From NCBI GenBank assembly GCA_024704765.1, contig JAKMXF010000360.1, positions 1 through 59,933 of the forward strand: a stretch of DNA of 59,933 nucleotides, in the 5' to 3' direction. A program made the translations under genes and the position numbers. Source of the DNA: Oopsacas minuta. Taxonomy: Eukaryota > Animalia > Porifera. Below the pieces are notes generated by a model that was given only the letters and a program-made list of their open reading frames with translations, ran no database searches and was not told the DNA's origin. Shown here one piece after another: positions 37,020 through 49,100 of this stretch; positions within the stretch are counted from its first letter, which is position 1; each line of letters begins with the position of its first letter.

Positions 37020-39250
37020 ATGGACTCGATAGAATACAAACACTTACTGTTATATTTGAAAACCTAATCGTATCTTCATGGGTATACCAAAGATCAGAAA
37101 AAAAAATTTGCGCAACAAAGGCTCCAAATGTCTTGTAATAAATAACAAGCTTGTCAAACTTTGAGGGGACATAAATGATGATATTCCAAGCATTCTGTGG
37201 GAAATCAACAATAATATTGGGCATCATTGTCGCGGTACTGGTATAACATCACTAAAGATAGGTATTTTGGCCCGAAATGTTGAAGCAGATCCTACACTAT
37301 GTGGAAAATTGTATTCGATTCCAAAAGAATCAACCTGGAATAAAAGCTCAGTGTACCTCCACAACCACTCCCAGTCAACACTAAGGTGCGGTTTCATGTA
37401 GGAATAGACCTTACTGGACCACTTATCCATTCCAAAGGGTATAGGTACACATTGACACACATGCACCACCTTACTAAGTGGGTAGAACTCGTCCCCCCGG
37501 ATCTAAACATACAAATGAGGTACCAAAAAGGGATATGTTCAATTTATTATAGACAAGGAGCGCCAGTACAAACTCTTTGTGACAACGGGCTTTCGTTTAC
37601 TAAACAAATTTCTAAGGCACTACATGATGCATATAAGTATAAACTCATATTCTCAGTCCCATATTAGCCTCAAACAAATGGATTAGTTGAATCTGCTCAC
37701 AAAGCACTCAAACAGTCTATGGTGAAATCATTAAATGAAAATATGAAAAAAGAGTTCACCACCTTGAAGAAATCACCATCCTACTCACCAACAGGCCCGA
37801 GAATACACAGGATTCTCAGAATTTCAACTAATGCACGAATAACGTAAATCTCGTTTAGCCCGAAATGTTGCAGTGCTCAATCCGAAAATCGTTGTTAAAG
37901 AATGACAGTATCTGTGGCAAGATATTAGTGAAGATGAAACAATTGGTTGAGTCCGTGCAGGTTGCACAACCTAACGATAATGCTGTAGTTGGTGAATCAC
38001 TAATCCACTAAAAGAATTGATGAAGAGACAGTATGACCAGAAAATCAACCTGATCACTTTCAATGATCTAATAGAAACAGACGCAGTTCTCATTAAAATG
38101 TGTATCATAGAGGCCAATTTCCGTACAAATGGCTTGGGCCTTATCCGATTGCTGAAATAAATCGTAATAGAGTCAAGGTATATCGTAACAAATCTACCCA
38201 ATGCATCAAAAGATCCAAAGTTGAGCTATTGAAGAGATCGGGTATAATAGATTAAAACAACCAAAAAGCAACACCAAGAAAATTCTAGAGATTATAGATG
38301 AAATAAAGCTCCATATTGAGGATGATGCACCACTCAATTGCTCCGAGGTAACGATGTTTGTGACGATACAATCTCCTATAAAAGCATCACTATACGATTG
38401 ATATACTAACATTAATAAAAGTCAAATTATAATTCTATAAGGACAAAAGTTCCTCTCTCTTAGCTGCATTGAGAACTCAACATGCAACGCGACATAAAAT
38501 CTCAAGAATTATACGATCATCGGACTGCCCGGTACACATCCCTTATATAGCCTTTTGTCAAGAGAATCATTTGGAAACTGCCTACGAAATGTCTAACCTA
38601 TTGGCTCAATGTTATTTGGATAGTAATGAGGTAAAATACCTGAATACCAATACATGAATGAAGATTTCCAATTTTCTACTCGCTGGTCAAGAGAGAGAAT
38701 GAATTGTGCTACTAAAGTTTTTCTCCCTGTTGTTCAACAGTTACTAGCAAATTCTCTGGCTTGCTCAAACAGCGATTGTACTACACAAACTTCACCTATA
38801 TCAGCTCACCTGGAAGATTCATGTATTACTTGGGGTGGTCAATTCGAAGGAAGTGAATTAGTCAATGCTTGTCCTCCAAAAAATTTGCTAATTTTTCAAA
38901 CTTCGCACCGACATAAAGTCTCTGGGTCTATTCAGTTATCAAATTCTTTTATAACCCAGGATATGCAAACTATGTTATCACATACTAGTTACCTTGAATT
39001 CAATAAACTGCGAACCTAGCTAGCTCCTCAACTGGATGTTCAACTTCTCAACTTTCGGAATGACTTCCTTGGTTACGAGGGAGAAATGGTTCAGTGAATA
39101 AATATACTCTCTAGCCCCGATTGTTATGAAGTCACCTTCTAGTACTAGATTGGTGTCGTCAATCAAAGAAGAAGGTAAACTTGACATCTGTCTTAGCACT
39201 CAAAGGGAATTACCAAAAAACCATCGACAACCAAATCAACTAAAGATTTT
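37020..39250 (+). mobile_element. Ginger/GIN-like integrase-type transposase pseudogene with C-terminal extension
   Basis: ATG 37020 MDSIEYKHLLLYLKT...TKDQKKNLR; zinc-finger remnant (GHH...RYF...YVENCIRFQ); rve core GIDLTGPL, TKWVE, CDNG, PQTNGLVESAH; GPY/F motif KWLGPY near 38130. No RT or RNase H upstream. End is approximate. Confidence 0.7.
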
Positions 39251-39498
39251 CATGCTTGAAATGTAAATTTCAAATTCCAATTTAGAATATTTGATACAGA
39301 ATTAGTTCAAGTGCCTCAATTTTCACCTTTGAGGTCGGTCATCTTAATAATCTAATTCTTACAAACGACATAAAAATGAAATCAACATTGCTCACGATCA
39401 AGAAATAGTACATTACTCTCTACTCGCGTACACTGTAGTTAGGATTTACAATTCTTACTGAGAAAATATTACAAGATGACTGTCATAGATACGATGGC

Positions 39499-40188
39499 AT
39501 CTGTATATTTTGATCAAATTTTCTTATGTCGTACCTTCGTCGAATGATGAAAAGGGAAACTTTGATCAAAGTTCCACTAAAATGTCTTCAGTCGAACTTT
39601 GATTGAAAAATTGTCGCGACGCCACAACATTCATATTTCCCATCCTGATTTCCTTGAGCCATCGATAAAAATGTCCAGCCGACAGACTTGTAGTCAGTTA
39701 GAGGCTATGTATTTTGTTCTTTTCAGGAGCGGGCACCCTCGATCCCCCATGTAATGCCACAATGCACCGGACTCGACTGAATTCAATCTAGGACGTGATA
39801 GCATTTTATTATATTCAATAGAAACGGACACCATTGGGAGGGGTTTAGGGATTTAGTTCGCTAACTTATTGCCCTGAGAGTTTTAATTTCTGTCAGTTAT
39901 TCAGCTACTAAGGGGCAGGAACGATGAATTTATGCATATTATATGATTGGATGGAGTTTTGTTGGATTGATTATTAGGAAAGTTTGCAAACTGCGGATTG
40001 TTGGAAATTTTTGGTTTATGTTCTCCATTTTCTATCAACATTCTCACTTTTCGGTCAATTTCTCGTTTTTCGATTATGGTTCTCATTTTCGATCAATGTT
40101 CGACTGAAGACATTTACAATAACTTTGATCAAAGTTTGTCATAAAATTCATCAAAGTTTCACAAAAAATTCGATCAAAATATATAGAT
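39499..40188. mobile_element. Non-coding MITE-like element with long imperfect TIRs
   Basis: AACTTTGATCAAAGTTCCACTAAAATGTCTTCAGTCGAACTTTGATTGAAAA (39558-) is inverted at about 40086-40136. The outer ATCT(G/A)TATATTTTGATC(A/G)AATTTT also matches. Confidence 0.7.
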
Positions 40189-41202
40189 TAATTTGTATGG
40201 AACGTCCGAAATTTAAGCGAGTTGATTCCTATCTCAATACTCCTCCATTAGGACGGATTAATTGTGTGGTCTATGTATTGTCCAGTCGAACCATTTGTAC
40301 ATAAGCATCAATTACTTCATAGTTGTAGTAGGAGCCACTACGATCAGGACGGCAATGCGCGTAGGGTCTTTCATAACTTTCCCAGGGCCTCATTTTTAGT
40401 CATCTATTCAATTGTCGTTTTTGTGTTGTTCTATCAAAAAAATGAATATTACAGTGGAATGGATAATTACATATGTAGACAATAAGTATTCGCAATAAAT
40501 GGTGCAACAATTCAAACTAACAAGATCAGAAGGTAAACTCATGACAATACTGAACTTGTATCATAGGGATGAGCTGAATTTTATAGAAGGGGGTCTATTT
40601 CGACAAAATAGATCATATTGCTTCAACTAAATATTCGTGTATTGTGAATTATGTGCTTTTCACACCTTTCCACATTATGTTGATAATGTCAAAATATCGC
40701 TTCGAATTTGAGCTAGACATGAGATATTGCAAATTTGTAAAACAATAAATTATCAACCATTATATGCAAAAGTATCAAGAATGTGTCAAAATATTCGGCT
40801 AGTAAGAATATATTTAGTATATTCTGCGAAAGTCTTATAGAAGAAAAGGCCCGTGTAACTTAAATATTTCATCTTTCATTTCTGAAGATGAAATATTTAC
40901 ATTATGTACGAGCCACCACAAGCTGTCATACAATGGCAGATTTTACCAAAAAAATGCTTAGTAGACACAAATTTGGCAAATTCCTGAAATGTTTAGAATG
41001 TAATAGTAGAGTATTTGTTGTACTACTAATGCGGAAAAGTATATTCTGTCAATAATGTACTGATTCTGCAATAAAGAAACCCAATAAAAATAGCTCCGCA
41101 GAAAACAAAATCACAAGTCCAAAATTCACAATTTACCCTCCGGTCTTATGTATAGTCGCTATAAGGTAAGGAAAACTGATTGAGCCGTTACCTAAGGATC
41201 AC

Positions 41203-43982
41203 CACAGTGGGTAATTTTCAGAAACATTTCCAGTAAGATATAACTTCAACAATTTTTCGTAATTCCCTGAATTTTTAGGTTTTAACTAAAGACAATTTAT
41301 TTGTGGTGTGAGATTTTGAGAATGAGTTAGCATTTCAAAATTATGACGTCAGATAAAATTTCTAAAAATATACAAATTTATTTAGTTTCGTATAATCCAT
41401 GACTAAGATATTCTTAATAGTTTGTTGAATCAATAACAAACACTAATAACTAGTCAACGCATTAGTTATTGTGGAATTGTAACACAATCTCGTATAGAGC
41501 ATAATATTGTGATTCGGATAATTAGATAAGAATGTGATATTATATCAAATACAAAAATACATATCTATTTAAACCGAAAATAGTGTAAATCAAATTATTT
41601 CACATAATTATTGTCATACAAAGCTGTAAAATGTCACTTACACTTCATGAAGTAAATAAAATATTCCCAGATACCAAAGAGGACCATCGAAAAGCTAAAG
41701 TAAATGTCAATTTGGTAGGTAGAATAATTGGAGAAAAACTTGGAATAGACTGACAATTACAACGTTCTCAAATGATGTGTAAAACCTCCATTTTGAGGTG
41801 TACTCGGAATAGAGAACGAAATGACCACGACCAGTGGGATAATAATCTTGAACGAATCGTTTGTAAGCGTCAGGACTATATAACAAGTACTGAAACTCCA
41901 GGCCCAGCCGCTCGGTCGGTGGTTAATCTGAATATCTCTTAAGGGAAATCCCTAGATTATTTGAAAAAAATCAGACTCTAAACATGTACACCTCAAGAGT
42001 ACAGGCATTATGGACACGTTATCTCAATTAGCTTGTTCAGTAGGTATCCGCATTATTCAGTATGTTGGTCTGATATTAGATTTTTTGTAGTTACTAGGTT
42101 GCCATAACATTGCTCTTATTGCAGAAAGAATTTCTGAAGGCGATAATAACCTTCACTCCAAACAAATTGGTTTTGCCCGAAAAGTCAACATTCCTTGCAT
42201 CTAACCTCAATCTGGGGAAAGGTATTTCTAATTTCAGAAGGGTTAAACTTAGACAGTTGGTCTAAAATACATGATTTTCGTACAACTCTGATACCTCCAT
42301 TCCAATTTTACCCATCAGCATCAAATCCAATTGTAGTAACTTTAAACTACATTGACAACGTAGTAAACCTCTTCAAAGGCATCAACACAAACTCTATACA
42401 ATCTATTAAAGGACGCCTGATATACCCGCTCAACCTTATGGTTGCATATGGCGTAGATGTGCCGGGAAGTGTCTAGTCTTATATTTCAAACAGCTGGTGA
42501 TCGTTCACATTTCTCTAGTTTATGGTTTCTCCTCTTAATTAGAAAGATTGCAAGGGAATTATTATCTGGTCTAACCTATACCCAATTGTAGATTCTCCTA
42601 ACAGCAATCCCATTGCTATCTCAAAAAGAGAACATTGAAAGTGTCACTACTCTAATGAATTTCTTGAATCCACAAATTGAAAAACTCGTGTCAACTGGCT
42701 TCTAGAATGAAAGTGGAAGAGGAAATATTGAAATTAAGGCCTCAACATTAGATGGTAACATGTGTGCCGTATTTACTGGTGGCGGTGGCGGTGCTTGTCA
42801 GTGTAGCTTCGCAGGACATACTGATGTATCAGACCCTAAAGTTGCAATATTAGGCTTTCTGCTTAATTGTACATTGTAAGTGATCAAAGATACCATCGTG
42901 GAGCTAACTTCTGATGAAAAGGAACTTACAGCTTATCTTTCTGAACCACGAGCTGGGATCACTCACGAACCTGCAAGTTCAATTGAAGTCCTTCCTATTG
43001 GACTCTTAAAATCATACTAACGTATACTTGATTGGTTCCTGAAAATATTATATTGAATAGCATTGGGAAGATGTAGCTGGACTAATCATGCAAAAAGTAG
43101 GACCAGCCATAAACTGATTACACAACGGATAAAGAAATTACGAATATTCAGTTTGACCAAGCTGGAGGAAGCGGGAACACTAGCACTGGTCATTCTGTTC
43201 GTCTGTTCCTTTCTGATGATCTCCATTTTAAAACAGCGCTCTCCTTTATACCTCATGAAGACGTTGAGAATCATAAATTTTTGCATAGAAATATTTCTGC
43301 TCTTCTTGTTGTAACTAATTCCTCCCAGAACATCAATGATAGAGAATTCAAGGCACTATTTGAAGAAGTATATCTCTTTCTGTTAGATCATTACTACTAA
43401 GTTTCAATAACTCCCACAGTGCATAAATATCAAGCACACCCTTATCGATTTATAGAACTAAATGATAAATCGTGTCCTTAAGAAATTCCCTGAAGAAGGT
43501 TAGCGTAAGCTAATAAGCATGATAAGAGAGTATCTATCGCAATGATCAGATTTTCTTTCAGAAGTTAAAGACATATCCTCCTGAATATAAGTAGTAGGAG
43601 CGCCAGTACTCAATGAGGGGTTTGGTAATTTTCTCAAATGTAAGAAATGTGAAGATTTGGAAAATCAACAAGGTTGTAAAGCGAACTTAAACTAAGACAG
43701 TTCAGATATTGATTCTATTATTAAACACTATTTTTAAGTCAATGAGTATGTTTAATCAAATGCAGTAATAAAATAATAAGTTAGATTGTATTTTGTGAGT
43801 CATGTGAATAATAGTTGATTTAAACATTACATCATCATAGTAAACAGAAGAATAGAATGTTGGTATGAATATTAAGCAATTGTTGATTTATATACAGATA
43901 CATATTTCTAATCATTCTCAATATATTTTGACAAGATACAAAGATGAAAATTTCTCCTACTGAAAGTGAATAACCCACTGTG
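41203..43982 (+). mobile_element. Decayed Transib/RAG1-core-like transposon, 2780 bp
   Basis: Both ends CACAGTGGGT. Coding remnant 41631-43737: YGVD (42456), IIWSNLYP, KENIESV, TLDGNM..TGGGGGACQC (42751), GITHEP, RILDWFLK, GNTSTGHSVRLF, TPTVHKYQAH (43422-39), FPEEG..ANK. The 5-bp flanks do not match (ATCAC vs AAACT). Confidence 0.78.
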
Positions 43983-44517
43983 AAACTCCATTGCAAAATA
44001 ACAAGTGTTCATCGTTAATAATGTGGAAGTGTGCGAAAACCACATAACTCACATTCCATAAATGTTTTAGGTAGGGTAGTATGATCAAATTCACTCCAAT
44101 CAAATGACTTCTCATCCAACAATAAACATTTTCGTAGTCTTACTCTAACGGATAATGAGATCAAAAAACCCAATGGACCTAAGTTGCAGGACCCGAGCTG
44201 GCAGCCAACAGCCTTATATTATGGTTGTTTATGATCACCTTGAAAAATGGAAACAACACAAACCACTCAAACTGAACAATTTCTCTAATAAATAAGGCGT
44301 TGAAAATATTCACTCACCGTAAACTAGTAGTAAGGCCAAGGAGAGGGGGAAGAAGACGAGACGGTTACTTGGGGTCCCGGACTTTGGTGGTTTCCCGAGG
44401 CCACCAAAGACTCAAAATTTAGAATGCAATCCTAGACACTCTTCTGTAATCCTACCATTCTACTATGTCATGGCCATTGATTTACGAGTATTGATATCTA
44501 TCCATAGCATTCTAATA

Positions 44518-44600
44518 CAGTGAAACCTCCGTTAGTGAACCCCTCTGGTAGTGAACACCTCGCATTAGCGAACAAAAATGATATCACTATACAAAGCTAT
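44518..44600 (+). mobile_element. pogo/Tigger-type left end with subterminal repeats
   Basis: TA|CAGTGAAACCTCCGTTAGTGAAC, with TAG(T/C)GAAC three times. No partner end found. Confidence 0.45.
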
Positions 44601-44861
44601 GCTTGGTTAACTGAATTAAGTAGGTGGTTACAACGTTTTTTGAAAACAGCGATTAACCGGTTAACTGCAGCAATTATTCCTATATATCTAATCAACGAAG
44701 TTTGGTGACAAAATTAGAAAATATCAATAGATATAATACATATGCATTGTTGATGCGATTGTAACTTACTAAACTTTTGAAATTTATGAATACAAACCTA
44801 AATATAACTTCCCATAAATACCTAACTAGCGGAAATCGGGTATATTTAATTTGGCGGACGC

Positions 44862-45847
44862 TGCATTAGGTTGAATTTCGATGTTATCGATAGATCGAAT
44901 ATACTGATTGAATAATAAATGAATAATTTTGAAAAACATAATTATTCGTATTATCTATCATAATGCTTTGTACGAGGGTTTGTTTTACGTACGTTACGTA
45001 TCTCGGGGATTTGTGTGTGCCAACGTATGGTGTATGTTTTGTTTTTGTTGATTTTTGTGTGCCTATTTGTTCTATATGTTCTATTTGTATGTTTGTTTCA
45101 TGTCAGTGTTGTGTCAGTTCTACAGGTTTTCTGGTTTTTATCATTGGTAGAAGTTATGAAGTGTTGTTTTGTCATGTATTATGTAGTGCTGGTTCATCTT
45201 CTGCAGTCTATTTCGCCATACACTTTCCTTTGGAACTTGGCTTTTGAAGGGTGTGCAAAAATACATAACAAAGTAGCGCATTTAGAGCCTCTAAGATGTC
45301 CACAGATCCCTCTGACGGGTTGGATCATCTGCTCGGAAATACCTCCCTTCACTCACTTGACTGGAACGTAATGCCAAAGAGGTAACTGCCTTGCATTTGG
45401 TCTTCAATTCGTGCACCTCTGAATTGTATTCTTCAACAGCATGATTATGGGCTGATTTAGGAGTGACTATGTTCGATTCGTTGTTAAATATATTCGTCCC
45501 TTTACAAGCTTTTGTAATATTTTGACTTCGTGTATTTGTTCACCTTTCCACACGAAACCAGACAAAAGTGTCACTAAATGCTTCCTATTCAAATAAATGT
45601 AAGTATAAATGTAGTTGGCTAAATGGTATATCAAAGGAAGTTTATGAAGGAATTCGATCGATTGACAACATAGCTCAAATAAAGTCGATCTACCGACAAA
45701 ATAGATATAATATATTCTGTCTATCGACAACATAGCTAAAATAAATTCTACCTATCGACAACAATAGCTAAATAGAACTTGATCTATCGACAACATAGCT
45801 AAAGTAGAATTCGATCAATCGATAACATCAAAATTCTACCTAATGCA
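44862..45847 (-). mobile_element. Non-autonomous MULE-like element with FLYWCH-like remnant
   Basis: 39-bp inverted arms at 44862-44900 and 45809-45847 (36/39). Minus-strand remnant LSGFVW...CKG...IVTPKSAHNHAVEEYNSEVHELKTKCK (HNH at 45449-45441). Confidence 0.45.
45651..45830. repeat. 31-bp minisatellite, about 5.8 copies
   Basis: Units start at 45651, 45682, 45713, 45744, 45775 and 45807. Core (G)ATCTATCGACAACATAGCTAAA. Confidence 0.85.
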
Positions 45848-46139
45848 TAAGCCCCAAAATTTTGTACTGTTCAAAATTAGAAACACTGAATATATTGGGA
45901 AAATGACACTATCGAGCTAACCGAATATATTTTGTCATAGCGGTTGACTGGATGTAGCGGCGGTTAACCAGCAACCGACTAACCGAATCTAGCCCTGCAC
46001 TATGATATAATAGATTTAGAGTGTAGAAATTAATACTTCTAGTAATCTTGAAGTGTTGTTATCATACGCGATAATTATAAGTTTATCTATTTCCTTTATA
46101 ATAGTTACCTCATTGCATATTTTTGTATAGTACTATGCT

Positions 46140-49100
46140 AGTAATTGAGATATCGCAGCAAAGAAAATAACATTCTGGAGTAGAGAAGAGGAAACAAAAG
46201 AAAGAGACGTTCAGATTGGTGGGCGTACTCTCTCTGAGCTCGGAGTAATTAGTATTCATAACCAGGAGTTAATCACTGGAAATATACAAGACAATATCAG
46301 AAAGAGTCACGACATTGAGGATCTTCATTCTCTGAGAGCAGGTCACAAATCACATCCTACCAAATTATCCGATGATTGCATCGGAAAAGGTGTTTCAACA
46401 TATGTACTAGCGAAAGATGAAAAATGTAGAGACAGAGCTGAGAAGCTGGATTATGCGTAGCGAAATAAAGGAGCAATAGTTTGCTTCCAATGTGTACCAT
46501 TTTAGCGAGTTTCGGATATTAGAAACTGGGTCAAAGACGATAAGTTTTAGCATCGATTAAGGATGGGGAGCAGATAGAAAATGAAAACCTCTATACATTA
46601 TGATCCCAGAGCATGCCAACAACACAACTATTGCTATATATAATGGAGGGAATTAGAACGAAATTGAATGAAAACAAAGGCATTGATGATGAATTACAAT
46701 CTAAGATAGAAGCGGAAGTTGAAAAATTGAAGATTATCTTAACTGGAATCTTAGATGTGACGATATAATTGAGAGAGAGAGCACTGGCTTTCAGAGGTTC
46801 GGCCTAACGTGTGGGCAATATTCATAATGGGAACTTTCTTGGTATTCTCGAGTTAATCTCGCACTATGATCGTATTTTTCGTGAGCACTTTCTAATGTTC
46901 AGAATTCACATGAGAGAGGCAGCGCTTAGAAGCACATCATTTGTCTGGTACGCCCGAAAATGAATTTATCTCATTGTGTGCAAGAAATCGCATCTTTGGT
47001 CAATTGCGAGATTCCAAATATTACTCAATCAAAGTTGACCCGACGCCTCATTCAAGCCACAAAGAGCAGACCACATTTATCCTTCGTTACCTCATGAAAG
47101 AAAACGGAATCTTCTCAGTTATTGAAAGATTTCTACAATTTTCCGATTGTAGAAACAAATCTGGAGAAGATATTGCATTGCCAATTGTACAAACTCTCCA
47201 AGAATTCCAAATAGCAATTAGGGATTATAGCAGACAAGGATATAACTACGTGGCATACATGCTCGGAAAGTAGAATTGAGTTCAAAACCACATACTTGAC
47301 TTAAATTCATTCGCCATAATTTCACCATTTGGTTTTCACTCATAAAAATTTGTGGAACAGACTCAACTTTATGTTATAGACATGCTATAACATACAGGGT
47401 GTCAATTAAGTTCTGGTACATAGTAAAATTGGCATAACTTCCAAAGTAGTTGAGCGATTAAGCTAATAATTTCGAAATCTACTTACACATTAGTCATGAT
47501 AAATTAACAGCATTGATTATTGCATATAGCCACCTTTCTTCTTAACTACGCCCTAAGTCGTCCCTTAAACTGGTGTATAGAATCTCGCAGCTCCTCTTGA
47601 GGCATTTTTTGCCATTCCCGAATGAGGGCGTTGCGTAGAGATTTAAACTCTTGAGGCTTTGCACACCCCCATAGAGAATAGTCAAGTGGGTTAAGATCTG
47701 GACTTGAGGGTGCCACTCTTGCTTTGAAATAACTTCAATATTTTTAGTCCGTAACGGCTTTTGAGGCGTGGGCAGGGACAGAATCCTGCTGGAAGATACA
47801 GTCCTCGTTTTGGAATAAGTTTAATCCGGTAAGTTTCACTTCTGATTCCAAGACTAGTCCTCTGTAAGTTTTTGAGTCAATCTTTACCCCCTGGGGGAAA
47901 AAGATTAGATGTGTATGACAGTTGGCAGACACACCGGCCCATGCCATCAAATATTTGGGGTTTTGGACCCGATCAACGGACTTTTCTTCCTCATTGATGC
48001 TTTTAGATGATGGAGCGAGGATACGATCATTCTGGGAATTATGTGCCTCCTCAACTGTAAAAATTTTCTCGTCTGAAAATAGTATGTTATTTTGAGCACC
48101 CAATAAGACCCGGAATAGAAGGTTTTCGATCTTTGAAATCTTTTCTGCCTTAGAGCTGGAGTTAGATGGTGTACTATTTGCCGTTTCAAAGACTTTAGTG
48201 CTAGGTCATTACGTACCACTCTTCTAACGGATTCGTGACTAATTGAAAAATCATGAGCCATTTTTCCGATAGACCGCCACCGATTACGGGTAATCCGACT
48301 CGCTATCTTTTTCTTGAGCTGCGGGGTGGAAACTGATGTCGGACGTCCACTTCTTGGGTGGTCTAGCAAAGAACCAGTATCCTTATATCGCTAGATGGCA
48401 CCATAAATCAGTTGCCGATTGACTAATTCATTCTTCAGGTCGCGTAAAATTTCTTTCTGAGACTTACTAGCCATAGATGATTCAATTATTCTTGATCGAA
48501 TTGCCGCCATCGGCCGGGATTCTGAAGTTTGCAGAGAATTTGGATAATAAATGAATATTTCAACAACATAACCTACGCAAACATTTAGCAACTGTTTAAA
48601 ATATGGTTCGATAATAATTGTTGACACCCTGTACCTTCGCGTTATCCAGATTGTGTATAACCTTTATCGGCCAATCCTACAAGATGGAATATATACTAGA
48701 TGAAATAAGTGGTACATTAAACTGGCTATCTGGTACAAGATGAACCGATAGAGTGGCTAGTGTTCGACCGTTTTCGAAATCTCTTCAGGGTCACGTGTTA
48801 CTCTTGAGAAACTACAGACTTAAAATCTAACCACAAACAAGAGATGTGGATGGTGTACTTAGGTAGTAGTAAACATTCTCAGTTTACAACTGTTATAATG
48901 TCATCAATATGGCTAAAGATTCTAATAGAGATCGACAACGCGAATGAAGTAACTCAAGTTCGGGAACTACAATTGATGTCGAGGTGAGCAACATTAGGTT
49001 GCTCCTGCAATAGACATTTCTTCTGAGTTTCCAACCGAATTAAAAGAAGCATCTTTGAAATTATTTTGGAATCTGTACTTAGTGGAATTTGACTGAGTTT

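Noticed and set aside
41700-42000. Gypsy integrase reading (RNDHDQWDNNL)
   Set aside because: The same frame runs from ATG 41631 inside the CACAGTG-bounded element and has no rve motifs; it is better explained as the transposase N-terminus.
43063-43314. Hydrophobic 83-aa ORF and its 66-aa antisense partner
   Set aside because: Off-frame readings of the Transib/RAG1-like remnant.
44963-45371. Cys/Val-rich ORFs of 94 and 118 aa
   Set aside because: Products of the G/T-skewed tract, which rarely forms stop codons.
45651-45830. CRISPR-like array
   Set aside because: Head-to-tail 31-bp units with no unique spacers.
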